A program made the translations under genes and the position numbers. From Mobula hypostoma (lineage: Eukaryota): a stretch of 64,000 nt of DNA. This document shows positions 1 through 13,174 of this stretch, in pieces; within the stretch, counting starts at the first letter, position 1; each line of letters opens with the position of its first letter. The stretch is from positions 25,048,001 through 25,112,000 of the forward strand of contig NC_086106.1 of NCBI RefSeq assembly GCF_963921235.1, read 5' to 3'. The notes beneath the pieces are model-generated. The model was not told the DNA's origin, did no database searches, and saw only the letters and a program-made list of their open reading frames with translations.

Positions 1-720
1 GCACTCGTCAACCTTCCTAGTAACATCTTCAAAAAGTTCAATAAGATTTGTCAAACATGACCTTTCACGCACAAATACCAATGAGAACTTGTCCATCCAG
101 ATAATTATATATACCATCTCGAAGAAAACATACATCAGTTTCCCCACCACTGACGTCAAACTCACAGGCCGACAATTGCGAGGTTTACTCCTAGAACCCT
201 ATCCACATGAGATTCATTTTTAAACAATGGAACAACATGAACAATATGCCAATCTTTCGGCACTATCCCAGATTCTAATGACATATGAAATACTTCTGTC
301 AGAACCCCTGCTATTTCCACAAAAACAAAATTTCCTCAGGGTCCGAGGGAATATCTTGCCTGGACCCGGAAACTTATCCAATTTTATATTCCTTAAAAGC
401 GCCAGTATTTCCTCTTCTTTAATCATTATAGTTACCATAACATCCCTAACTGTTTCCCTTCCCTTGCACAATTCAATATCCTTCTCCTTAGAGAATACCG
501 AAGAAAATAAATTGTTCAGAATCTCCCCCATCTCTTTTGGCTCCACACATAGCTGTCCACTCCGATTCTCTAAGGGACCAATTTTATCCCTGACTGTCTT
601 TTTGCTATTAATATAATTGTAGAAACCTTTGGGATTTATGTTCACATTACTTGCCAAAGCAAAATCATATATTCTTTTAGCTTTTCTAATTCATTTCTTA
701 AGTTTCTTTTTCCATTCTTA
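1..720 (-). mobile_element. CR1 LINE ORF2 fragment
   Basis: Minus ORF 220-657 (NPKGFYNYINSK..RDKIGPL..LNNLFSSVF..DKFPGP) is the CR1 linker/RT N-terminal region; same family as 10918-11940. Confidence 0.85.
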
Positions 721-3700
721 TATTCCTCGATTAGGTTCCGGGAAAAAAAATCAGATGTTAGTGGTTTCTGGGGTTGAGCAGTTCGAAGGGCTGGAGTGGG
801 TTATTCTGCGCTGCATCATGAAATAAACAACTAAATACACCTTGCAAGGAATCAAAACAACATTTACTCATGAAGACATATGGTACGTAAGTAGGTGCAT
901 AATCGATTGCCACCCAGACAACAATACTTAATATATTTCATTTTCTCTAGAAACACTCAAATTCCATTTTGACTTTTTTCGCTTCCAAACTGGGAATTTT
1001 AATTTAAACTCAGTGGCCAATTAGAACGTATTTTCGTAAACTGTTGCTTTTTAATAAGATGAGTTGAAAGCGTGTGGAAAGCAGTTTACAATTTATATTG
1101 CAAATACCAACTACTCACCAGTCATTTCGTGGGAAGGAGAATGGAACATCCTGGGAAATAGGTGACATCAGAAGCGAAGTGTTTACATCGATACTCTGCG
1201 ACTCTACAGCTCACATCAGGAATTACAGGAATCAAATAGCAATGAACTGGTCGAACTGGTCGTTAGCTAAGGAAAATATGCTTTCGAACCACAATGAGGA
1301 GCAAGCCTGCAGCCCGTTCTCACGTAGAAGAATCTTATTCTGGGAGAAATATCCCGAAGCCGGCCAAAGCTACTGTGGTGCCAATGAACAGGAAATCGGC
1401 TACTAGCTGCCAAAATAGATGGTTAGTGTTTAATGAGAAGAGGCCGCAGCAGTTTTGAGAAAAAAATCACTTGCCAATAGTTTCACAAAAACAGTGAGAG
1501 ATCAAACCATATGATACTGGTTAGTCCGAGGTTTTTCTGCAGCTATGACCCGTATTCAATTCGCACAGTTGCTTGAAAAGAGATTGCACTTTCTCCCCGG
1601 ACCACCTGGGACTTATGTCGGATGCTCCGGTCTGGTAGTATTTGATAGGCTGATTGGTCGTTCTAAATTATAGCGTGATTAGGTTAGGATTAAATCCGGT
1701 GATTGCCGCGCTGCGTACCTCGATGTGCAGAAAGGGCAAATTCCTCACTGTAGATCCAAACATAAATAAATAATCAATCAAGAAAACACACATAAGTAAA
1801 TAAATAAGAATCAGTTTCCCTTGCAAGTCTTATAGTCGGTACGAAGTCGGCATGAATTTGTATTTTTCAGAAATTTATCCAAAGCTAACGAATGACAAAT
1901 AATTTCAATTCAATGCTAACGCTATTTGTGTTTTTGCAGAAGCGATGAAACTGAATACAATGCATGCCGGGAGCTCCTTCAAAACTGCTTCGATTGGTTA
2001 ATCCGTCTCTGGTGAAAAGGTGAAACAACTTTTTTCTGCAACAACATATACTATTACACGTCCCTTATTTTGCCATATTTAAATTAATTTCTGTCCAGTG
2101 TTCACAGTGAAGGTGCAGGAGGGTGAGTGTGGTCATGGTGCAATTATTGCGTTACATTGGTGACAGTCCAAGTCATCCATCGTAAATCTGTTAATTGCAG
2201 GAAACGGTTGAGTTTGCGACAGGCTTTCGATTTCAAATTTCCTTCTTGATCTTACCTTTGTGTACGTGTTGAATGTTGAGCGCCGATTACATAATATGAA
2301 CAGAGGGATGCAATGAGAATATTGTCTTCTGAAATACCATTTTGAAAATTTCAGTAATGAAACGAAAAGTACCAGATCCACGATATTATTCGGAAGGAAT
2401 GTGATACTCCAGAGGGTACAGGTGATCAAGCAGTAAAGCTCGCCTGACTGGAAGTGCGAGTGACGGTCGATTTAAAGATCGCCTTGGAATCTTCCTGAAT
2501 AGTCTCATCCTCCTAGGGTAGTTGAGTCATTTTAGCAGTGGCAGAATGAGACGTAGTATCTGCTGAATTGTTTTAAACGCCATTACTTAGTTATTTGTTT
2601 GCTTGCTTGGTTACTTATCCTTCTCTCTTTATTTACGGAAATATCAGTCTGTTAGTCTGTGCCATAATTTGTTACTTTTTGTTTAATCTTTCTATTTATG
2701 TACTTAACATTCGTTTATGTCTTTATATATTTATCTATTTATGTTATTAATTTAGTAAGTGTGTTTCTTATTTGTTAATTATCCGATAATTATTTATTTA
2801 TGTATAATTTATTCCAAAGAGGAGGTAGTCTTTGAGTATAAAACCATACCATGTTGACCACAAAATTATAATTCATACACGCTCCCTTTTGGGTGTCTGG
2901 GGAACAGAAAAATTCTACTTGGTAGATCAAAGCCGCAAGTTACCTTAACTGTTTACTCAGAATTAACTTGAAGGCATTTTCCAGCACCGACACATTTTTC
3001 AAATTAAAAAAAAACACAGCAGAGGAAGAAATATAAGCTTACAGCATTTTGATGAAAATTAAATAATTCATTCTAAATCGAGGGAAATTATTCAGTACCA
3101 GACCGAGTTCAATTCACCTTTTGATACCTTATTTCATTGGACCGCTGTCATTTACTGATCCAAATATTTTGCCTGCTTGTTCATTGTCATAGATTAGATT
3201 AGATTAGATTAAACTTTATTGTTATTGTGCCGAGTACAGATACAAAGCCAATGAAATGCAGTTAGCATCTGACCAGAAATGGAAAGAATAGTGTTACTTA
3301 GAAAATAACTGCGAATTAAAAGTAAGTGCTGCAGCACACAAATATAAAAGTATTGAGACAGTACAATATGGGTACATTACTGCTTAGAGCTGTGATGTGA
3401 AGTTCAGCAGGGTCACAGCCTCAGGGAAGGAGCTCTTCCTGTGCCTCCCGCTGCGGGAGCTGAGTGTCCTGTAGCACCTACCGGATAGGGGGAGTGTAAA
3501 AAGTCCATGGTTAGGGTGAGATGCTTCCAGGATAATGCGTTTTGCCCTGCCCAGACAGCGTTTATGGTAAATACGCTCACTGGTGGGCAATTGGGTGCTG
3601 ATAATCCGCTGGGCAGTTTTCAGCACACGCAGGCGTGCTTTGCGGTCCGATATCAGACAATTGCCATACCACACAGAAATGTTATTGGTGAGTATTTTCT

Positions 3701-5040
3701 CAATGGTACTGGGGTAAAAATCCGTCAGTATCCAGGGGCAGAGTTGAGCTTCCTTGATGTTCCGCAGGAAATAAGGCGCTGTTGCGCCTTTTTGATCAGG
3801 ATGGCGGAGTTCAGGGACCAGCTGAGATCCTCGGAAATGTGGACACCAAGGAATGTGAAGCTTGAAACACGCTCCACTACAGATCCGATGGGGAGTGAGT
3901 GTGGCTCCTAGCATGCCTGAAGTCCACAATAATCTCCTTAGTGTTCTGGGTGTTGGCGGCCAGGTTGTTGTCGGCACACTACGCAGCCAGGTGCCGGACC
4001 TCCACCCTATAGGCCGTCTCGTCATCCTCTCTGATGAGGGGAAAAACCGTGGCGTCTTCCGCGAAGAACATTATGGAGTTAGGACCATGTACAGGAACGC
4101 AGTCATTGGTGAAAAGGGAGTACAGAAGAGGGCTCAGCACATAGCCTTGAAGCACGCCACTGCTAAAGGTGAGAGTGGAGGAGGAGAGGTTGTCTAACTT
4201 AACTGATTGTGGTCTGTTAGTCAGAAAGTCCATGGTCCAGTTACAGAGGGATGAGCTGATACGAAGCTGGCGAAGTTTGGCGATCAGCTTGGAGGGGATC
4301 ACAGTATTGAATGCAGAACTAAAGTCAATGAAGAGCATTCTGACGTAGGAGTCGTGTTTTTCCAAGTGCGTCAGGACAGAGTGGAATTCTTTGAAAATGG
4401 CGTCGTCTGTAGACCTGTTCGTGCAATAAGCAAATTGATGGGGGTCAAGGGTAGCGGGCAGACAGGATTTCAGATGTGATAGAACCAGTCTTTCAGGTCA
4501 CTATTCAATGATGCTGGTGAATGCAACTGGACGGAAGTCATTCAGGCCCGTGGCAGTGGAATGCTTTCGGCACTGACACGATCGTGACGTTCTTGAAGCT
4601 TGTAGGGACAACTGTCTGGGCCAGAAACAGATTAAAATGTCAGTGAAGACCTCTGCCAGCTGCTCTGCACAGACTCTGAACACACGGCCAGGTATTTCAC
4701 CCGGATCATTTGCCTTCCGTACGTTTACCCTGCTCAGTGTGGCGCAAACTTAGAAGTTGGAAAGTGAGAGAGGCAGTTCACCAGGTGAGAGATCCGCGTT
4801 GAAGGTGACCTCCTTCCTTTCTCGGTCAAAGCGTAGAAGTAATTGAGCTCATCATGGAGGGAAGTAGAGCTGGAAGGGGTCTCAGTACTAGGTGGTTTGA
4901 AGTCTCTAATGATCTGTATGCCATGCCACATGCGCCGGGGGTCCGAGGAATTGAAATATTCCTCGATTCTCTGCTTATATATGCGTTTAGCCTCAGAGAT
5001 TCTCCTCCTCAGGTTGGCCCTGGCTGAGCTGTAACCCTCC
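1..5040 (+). repeat. Tail of segmental-duplication copy 0 of the NAR-TCR unit
   Basis: 2-~1370 matches 43921-45272 almost base for base; ~355-4924 matches ~59430-64000 with more differences. The same CR1 and Rex insertions and unique spacer DNA recur. Confidence 0.92.
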
Positions 5041-5065
5041 CGGTCTCCAGACCTGCAGGCTGAAT
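3190..5065 (-). mobile_element. Rex1/Babar-type LINE, decayed
   Basis: Minus ORFs give [48 protein letters not shown] and a 3' domain. A (GATTA)n tail lies at ~3190-3210. Confidence 0.85.
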
Positions 5066-7857
5066 CTGATAGTAATAGATGAAGGAATACTGACTTGCTC
5101 TAACTTTATCCACATATTAAACATGTTTTCCTGTTTTTGAGAGTTCTTAGGATAGAATGCTTCCGCAAAACAGAAAATGAAACAGTTACGAGGCGGACTT
5201 TAGAAGTCCTTTACTTTTCATTTTCCAGATCTGTCTGAATTTATTCCCTGCGTGAAAAGGATACATGCTATCTGTGTATTAAAGTTGCGCCATCATCATC
5301 CATTGGAGTCATTATAGGAGAGAAAGCAACAATTATTTCTGCGAAAGCATTCTCGTATGCCCGATTAATGTTAGACTAAGTTCATTGTATTAGCTAATCC
5401 ACTGTTTATGCTGCAGAGTTCCTTAACAATTTTTTTTTTTCATTCCTGAGTGTCCGTTGCACTCTGGCACTCGCTCTGCATATTACAATGGTTTGTCATA
5501 GATTAGGAGAGAATATCGGGAATATGATGAAGAGCATGAACTATTCTTCGCACTGCACAGATGCTGTCTGACCTTGCGGATGTTTGTTTCAACTTCACTT
5601 TCCTTTCTGATACTGAGGACACTGTATGTTGTTTTTGCAAGAGGTTTACATTGAAGTCTACAACGCCACTAACTTTCAACGCGTTGTCGTACACTTCGCA
5701 ATGCGGTGCCCTTGAACGGGATCCTCTTTAGAGATGTACAAAGAATCAGTCACATAGAATTACTGGAATTCATGATAAAGAATGTCCCTCAGAACATACC
5801 ATTTGTCACTTTACAGGAACAGATTGACCCCATTCCCTTCGACGTCTGTTCATTTTTGACATCATATGCACAGTATAAAGATCGGCGTTTTTTCCGTAAA
5901 TGATTTCATATTCAGGTGAAAAAGTTTTTACATCAGAGTATGATGATATGTGAGATATTGCAGCTCTCGGGGTGGTGGAGTGCACTTTGCAAGTCCATGT
6001 TTTCGAAAGCGTCACAGTTTGAAAACATCACCTGTTTAGGTGCTTGCTGATAGTCAAACAATGGAGGATTGGCTTCAGTAGAATTGATTTGCATTTATCC
6101 ACTATGCCTCTTTGAATGTGGATTTTCTTTACTTCTGATACGACAATATTTTAAGATAATTTTTAAAAAGGCTGTAATCTTGCCGATTATGAACGATACA
6201 CAAAACAGCCCAAGGCCAAGACGTTGCATTCCACTGTTCCTAAAATGCGAGACTTGCTTTCTAATGTCTGCGGTTTGAGTGTCATTAATCAAAACATGTG
6301 GGAAACATCCCCTGAGAGGGAACGACATCCTACCCTGCTGAACAGTCGCAAGGTACAGGATTTCGTTCTGTTTTTATCTGTTTATTTCTGAGTCTCGACC
6401 TCAGAAAATAAGTGCGTGACAAAATGATTTTAATTACGCGGGAAATTTGCTGCTTAATCTCAACATTCTGGGCAAAGAGATATTGTTTTATATCCCGACA
6501 TTTCTCTCCACGAATATCCATCGATCCTTTATATCGATCAGCTTGATCATAGGGAGTTTGCAGACCAGGTTTACGAGAGAAAAGTACTTCATTAATTACA
6601 AATTAATTAAACTTTGCTGCCATCTTGTGCAATATATTTTCTCTGTTCCTGGCGATGCTACATGAAAGTAATGTCTCCCTCAGTGCATATACGCAAACAA
6701 TCGCCACTTCCATCCGTCTAAGTAATTGTTAATTTATTCAGAGAAACGCTACGTTCATAGGCAGCATGTGAATACGTCAAAATACAATTCGCCGTGCTGA
6801 GTGCTTTTGAAATGTTTGCCACAATCTTCCATTCGGGAGAGGCCTCCTCCTCCAAACCAGTAATTACTGACTTGGGTTTTGTAATCCACGCCCTTAATTA
6901 AGGTCACAAAACGGCGCAGATTTGACCGTTACAGCCGTTGCGCTCATATCTCACCTATGCTGCAGCTCGGCTAATGATTGTTAAAGCGTTAATATCTAGT
7001 GTGGCTATATGTGATTCTTCCACGCAACAGGATCCAGGGAGGTGACAGGGGACATGCATTCTTGGCATTTCTCTTGCATCAGAGGATTACTCCGATTGGT
7101 GGCAAAGATAACCCCCACGAAATGACTGTTTTCGTCTATCAAAGTATATTCCTCTAAAGTCGACAAGAATTTAATTTACAGAATAGTTCCAGACTTCCCT
7201 TGAAATGGCGCAGTTCTGTCTGTTCAGTATATTTGGGTTCAGTATGGTTCAAGGCACGGAGGTATACGACAGTATCGTGGTCTTTAGAACGTTAAACTCC
7301 ACGCTCTCACAAACACAAATATAATGCAAAGCAGATTGAGTTGTTAGCGCCGCTACTCCTTTGAACACTCTTGCTCTAATTCAATGCAGATATTCAGGTG
7401 AACGGATCATACCGTGGACATATGGGTATATAATGATTGGTTATAATCAGACGCCACTATTATAATCACTGCATTTCAGAGGTAGTGGAGTATAAGAGAG
7501 GGATAAGTAGCAGAATAATATACTCCCAATCATATCAATAGTGGGTTGATGGCAGTTTTTCACTACCAGTTCAAAAGTGGGCAGCTCATTGCGACACCAC
7601 TAGGTAGTGATCAGAATTGTCTGATCTTCTTCAACCCATGATGTTCTCATACTCGTGGATTGCTTTTCCGGTGTCTACTAGATGATCAGGGTAAATGCAC
7701 TAAATATGTCGTCACCATGGGCATTCAACTCTTATTTTGGATGAGCAGACACGAAAAAAAAAGATAAATGGACCCTGAAGGAAATTTCACTCATCCATTC
7801 CTACTGGATTCTCAGCAATAGTGCAATTCCTGAGTTTCCACTTTCCTCGGATATTAA

Positions 7858-7859
7858 CC

Positions 7860-7893
<34 letters not shown>

Positions 7894-7908
7894 GCGACGA
7901 CGACGACG
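7858..7908. repeat. (CAA)n(CGA)n microsatellite
   Basis: Read directly from the sequence. Confidence 0.95.
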
Positions 7909-9749
7909 CCAAAACGATGAAGGTTTTTTTTAGGAGATACAGATTACAATTTTAATGCTGACGACGTGGGGAGAGGTTAGTCGACAGTTGTGAAGGAAAG
8001 CACCGGCATAAAATGATCTACGATGTGTTGTTTTTGTGCATTATTAACCCTGATGCAATTTGTTACAAAGAATCTGCTCCAATATTTTACGGAATAAGAG
8101 ACACTGAAACAGGTCGATAGTTCATAAACTTTAAAGTGAACAGTGTTATAAGGAAAATAATCAATAAACGCTCGGCCTAATTGGGTTGTTATCTAAAACT
8201 CACTAATGGGAAACGAGGCCTACACTGCGGCTGAAAAGGAAATCTAAACATTATCAGCATTCCGCTTGTCGTCAGAGCCAGTTGACTCGAAAGTCCAATT
8301 TCTCACAGAAGAGCGAAAGCAAATAGGCAGCGAAGCTTTGCTGTAGTCTGTCCAAGTCTCGGTAAGCAGTAGGACTGCAAGTATGGAGTTAAGTACTATC
8401 ACGTTTAAATTCTAATCTGGAATACCCCAGTGGCTGTGCCGCTTGACAATAAGTACTCCTGTCTGAGTACTGTTGGTGGGGGGCGGGAGGCGGGAAACAG
8501 CTTACCTAAGGGAACCAACAATGGCCGTGCCTCCGGCACAGTGTCTGGCCCTGTAGCTCAGAAGGGTAGGGAAAGGAACACCAGGACAGTAGTACTGGGG
8601 ACAAGATATTTAATGGGTCAGATAGGCGATTCTGTGGAAGCAATCAGGACTCCCGGAAATTAGTTTGCTTCGCTGGTGCCAGGGTCCGGGATGTTTCTAA
8701 TCGCGTCCAAGATATCATGAAGTGGGAGGGTGAGGAGCCAGAGATCGTGGTAGTTATAGATGCCAATTACATAGGTACGAAAATGGAAGAGGTCATGAAA
8801 GGACAATGTATGGAATTAGGATGGGAGTTGAGAAGAAGGACCGCAAAGGTAGTAATCTCAGGATTTCTGCCTGTGACACGCGACAGTGAGATTAGGAATG
8901 GAATGTGGTGGAGGACAAATGCGTGGCTTACAGATTGGAGCAGGGGTCAGGGATTCAAGTTTCTGGATCATTGGGACCTCTTTTGGCGCAGGTGTGACCT
9001 GTACAAAAAGGACCGGTTGCACTTGAATCCTGGCGGGACAAATATCCTGGCAGGGAGATTTGCGAAGGCTACTGGGGAGACTTGAAACTAGAATGCTTGG
9101 GGGGTGGGAATCAAATTGAAGAGACGAGAAGAGAGGAGGTTAGTTCATAAATAGGGGAAGCTAGTAGACTGTGTGTGAACGAGGATAGGCAGGGGACAGA
9201 GAACGAGGGCACTCAGACCGAAAATGTAGTCGAGAAGGTAGAAGAAGATAACAAAGTTGTTGGCACCATTAGGGATAAACAGAGTGTAAGAGGTGGAGAC
9301 TTTCTTAAATGCATCTGTTTTAAAGCTAGGGGCATTGTAAGAAAGGTGGATGAGCTGAGGGCATGGGTTGATACCTGGAAATATGATGTTGTAGCTGTCA
9401 GTGAAACATGGTTGCAGGAGGGGTGTGATTGGCATCTAAATATTCCTGGATTTCGTTGCTTCAGGATTGATAGAATCCGAAGGAGCATGAGGGGCATGTA
9501 TTGCATCGCTTGTCAAAGAAAATATTACCGCGGTGCTTTGGCAGGAAGGATTACAGGACACGTCTAGGGAGCCTATTTGGGTGGAATTGAGGAATTGGAA
9601 AAGTGTAATAACGCTTGTACGGGTGTATTACAGACCACCTAATGGCGTGCGAGAATGGGAGGAGCAAATTTGTAAGAAGATAGCATATATTTGTAGTAAG
9701 CACAAGGCTGGAATTGTGGAAGATTCTAATTTTCCACTCATAGACAAGG

Positions 9750-10622
9750 TGTGGCGTGGTCCTGAATTACCCCTATGAACTGTGCTCGATTACCCCTATG
9801 AATTGTGATTTTGGAGAGATAGGGAGAGAGAGAGAGAGACAGAGAGAGAGTGTTAGTTAACTCCAACAACTTGTTTTTAAGAGAGAGATAGAGAGATGAA
9901 GACTGCTCATAGGTTGTTCATAATTTCTTCAAGGGTATTTGCCTGTTTATACATTTCTTACACAGGCAAAGGAAGGAGGCGTTTTTTGAGAGACAGTTGA
10001 GGCTCAGCAAGGGAAGATAAAGAGAAGGTCGGATGACATACCTCAGATACATGCTTTGGGACACTGAATGAGCTTTGTTGTGCCCGCAGAAAAGTGGGTT
10101 TTTGGAGGATCGATCAGGCTGATTGATCAATGGCTCTTGCAGTGGAAAGGAAAAGGCAGTGACCGGTGAGGAGTTGTCCCCGTGTCCACCCTTACCTGGT
10201 TGATAGTTCCACCACAGAAAGCCGGTCCTATTTGCTGTGGTCACAGTCGGTGACTTTTAAAGGATTTCGGTGGAAGACGAGAAGATCGACGGCGTCAGCT
10301 CACACGAAAACTCAAATCTCTCTTTCTCTCTCTCTCTCTTCATCAGTAATCAAATGAATACCACAAACTAAACTGAACTTCACTCATCATCGTAAGACTG
10401 TATTTTTTTACCCCTAAACATGAAGAAGCTTGATTTCCATATATTTCCACACTTACTGATATACTTACTTATATATAATCATTACTAACATGTTTGGTTT
10501 ATCTGCATTTATATTACGGTATTGCATAGTTACGAATAAATATTATTAGGTAATAGCAATAATGGACTCCAAAGTGTTTTCCATCTAACTGGTTCTTTAT
10601 TCCCTTCACGGGGTACGTGACA
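9750..10622 (+). mobile_element. Solo LTR, Gypsy, probably related to the Gmr1-like element at 45273
   Basis: TG...CA ends, 873 bp, interrupts the CR1 endonuclease. Its end CGGGGTACGTGACA resembles the end CGGGGTACGTAACA of the 864-bp LTR at 45273-46136. No clean TSD. Confidence 0.72.
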
Positions 10623-11807
10623 CTGGGAAACCCATTCTGTGAAAGGGCTGGATGTTTTGGAGTTTGTAAAATGTGCGCAAAATTTTTTTTTGCAGCAATA
10701 CCTACAGGACAAACTAGAGAAGGGGCAATGGTGGATCTCCTGTTGGGGGATGAGATAGGTCACGTGACGGGGGTACGTATTGGGGGGCACTTCGCGTCCA
10801 GTGAACACAATGCCATTAGTTTCAATATCATTACGGAGAAGGATAGGACTGGACCCAGGGCTGAGATTTTGATTGGAGAAAAGCTAACCTTGCGGAGATG
10901 CGAATTGATTTAGAAAAGTGGATTGGGACAACTTGTTTAATGGGAAGGATGTAATAGAGAAATGGATGTCATTTAAAGGTGAAATGTTGAGGGTACAAAA
11001 TCTTTATGTTGCTGTTAGGTTGAAAGGAAAGTTTAACAGTTTGAGAGACCCGTGGTTTTCAAAGGATATTGGAAACTTGGTTCGGGAATATAAAAACAGA
11101 GAGATCCGCAATAAATATAGGCAGCTTGGAGTAAATGAGGTGCTCGAGGAATATAAAGAATGTAAAAAGAATCTTAAGAAAGAAATTAGAAAAGCTGGAA
11201 GAAGATATGAGGTTGCTTTGGTAAGTAATGTGAAAATAAATCCAAAGGGCTTCTACAGTTATATTAATAGCAAAAGGATAGTGAGGGATAACATTGGACC
11301 TTTAGAGATTCAGAGTGGACGGCTATGTGCGGAGTCAAAAGAGCTGAGGGCGATTTTGAACAATTTATTTTCTTCGGTGTTCACTAAGGAGAAGGATATT
11401 CAATTGTACAAGGTACGGGAAACAAGGAGGGTGGTTATGAAATCTATGACGATTAAAGACGAGGAAGCCCTGGCGCTTTTAAGGTATATAAAAGTGGATA
11501 AGTCTCCGGCTACTGACTGGATATTCCCTAGGACCTTGAGGGAAGTTAGTGTGGAAACAGCAGGGGCTCTGACAGAAATATTTCAAATGTCATTAGCAAC
11601 GGGGATGGTGCCGGAGGATTGGCGTATTTGTCATGTTGTTCCCATGTTTAAAAACGGTTGTGAGTGTAAACCTAGCAATTATCGGCCTGTGAGTTTGATG
11701 TCAGTGCTGGGAAAATTAATGGAAAGTATTCTTAGAGATGGTATATATAATAATCTGGATAGACAAGGTCTGATTAGAAACAATCAACATGGATTTGTGC
11801 GTGAAAG

Positions 11808-12817
11808 TGTCATGGTCAGGTCCGTGAAGTCCGTATTCCGGTTCACGGACTGGTCCATCGACCCTTGCTCCAGGTTTTTCTGTCTACCCTGGAACCACCC
11901 TGTACCTAGTTCCTTCCTGTTTCGTGCCTCCGTAGGGTAAGCCAGTCCGTCACACTGTTACCTGCGGTTGGTTCTGTCCCTTCCTGTCCCTTGCCTCCGT
12001 CGGGTAAGCCAGGCCGTCTCGCCGTTACCTGCGGTTGGTTCTGTCCCTTCCAGTCCCATGCCTTCGTCGGGTTTTGAACCGCGCCCAGCCCAGGAGTATC
12101 GCGCCCTGACCAGGAGTACCGCTCCCTGACCAGCAGTACCACGCCCTGACTCGGAGTATCGCGCCCTGCCCAGGTGAACGGCGCCCTGCCTCGGAGGAGC
12201 CTACCTAGCTTCAAGCCTGAAGACTCCAGTCTCCTGCCTAGCCTCAAGCCTGAAGCCTGCAGCCTCGCCTCAAGCCTCCGGCCTAGCCGCAAGCCTGAAG
12301 ACTCCAGCCTACAGCCTCGTCTCAAGTCTACTGCCTTCAGCCTTGCCTCGCCTCAAAACTCACGCCTGCAGCCTGCCCCGCCTCAAGTATCCTGCCTCCA
12401 GCTTCGCCTCGCCCCAAGTCTCTGTCCTCCTGCTAAGCCTCGCTTCATGTCTCCTGCCTCCCCCAAGCCTCGCTTCAAGTCTCTTGCCTCCTGCCAAACC
12501 TCGCCTGAAGTCTCTCGGCTCAAGCCAAGCCTCCCCTCAAGTTTCTAAGACTCCAGCCTCGCCCTGCCTGCCAGTCAAGCCTCGTCCCGGCCTCGTTCTT
12601 GGGTCCGAGCCAGAGGCAAGACCCAGGTACTGGGTCCTTGTCCAGACTCTGGCTCGGAGTCGAAGCCCGGGCTCCGAGATCTTTTGCCCAGTCCTGTTCC
12701 GGGTTCCCGGTTTTCCTATCTATGTCGTTTCCATCGCCCTGTATCCTAGTCCTGTACCTAGTACTTCAGTGTCTGTGTCTTGCACTTCGGTCCGTTCCCA
12801 GCCACCGCTTCATGACA
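11808..12817. mobile_element. Solo LTR with internal GC-rich tandem repeats
   Basis: 7-bp terminal inverted repeat TGTCATG...CATGACA, flanked by GAAAG/GGAAG (5-bp TSD, one mismatch). It splits the CR1 RT right after the QHGF motif. Confidence 0.75.
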
Positions 12818-13119
12818 GGAAGAGCATGTTTGACAAATCTTAATGAATTTTTTGAACAGCTTACTAGAAAAGTTGAAGAGGGTAAAGCTGTGCATTTTAT
12901 CTATATGGACTTCAGTACGAACTTTGACAAGGTTCCACACGGAAGGTTATTTAGGAAGGTTCTATCGTTCGGTATTAATCTTGAATTAGCAAAATGGATT
13001 CAGCAGTGGCTGGATGGGAGACCCCAGATATTAGTGGTGGATAACTGTTTGTCACATTGGAGACCGGTGTCTAGTGGTGTCCCTCCCTCAGTGATCTGCA
13101 CTGTGTCCAGTGTTGTTTG

Positions 13120-13174
<55 letters not shown>

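Noticed and set aside
1074-1406. 110-aa ORF repeated three times (also 44983 and 60147)
   Set aside because: It recurs only because of the segmental duplication, starts with GTG, has no domain and is truncated differently in each copy.
2103-2109. Isolated CACAGTG heptamers (also 61205; CACTGTG at 16176 and 51160)
   Set aside because: No nonamer at 12 or 23 bp on either side.
7205-7262. Leader-like short ORF MAQFCLFSIFGFSMVQG
   Set aside because: No good donor in the right phase and no V exon or RSS downstream.
12080-12560. CRISPR-like array or Pro/Ser-rich host gene
   Set aside because: Head-to-tail degenerate repeats without unique spacers, inside a TG..CA element in vertebrate DNA; the ORFs are low-complexity by-products.
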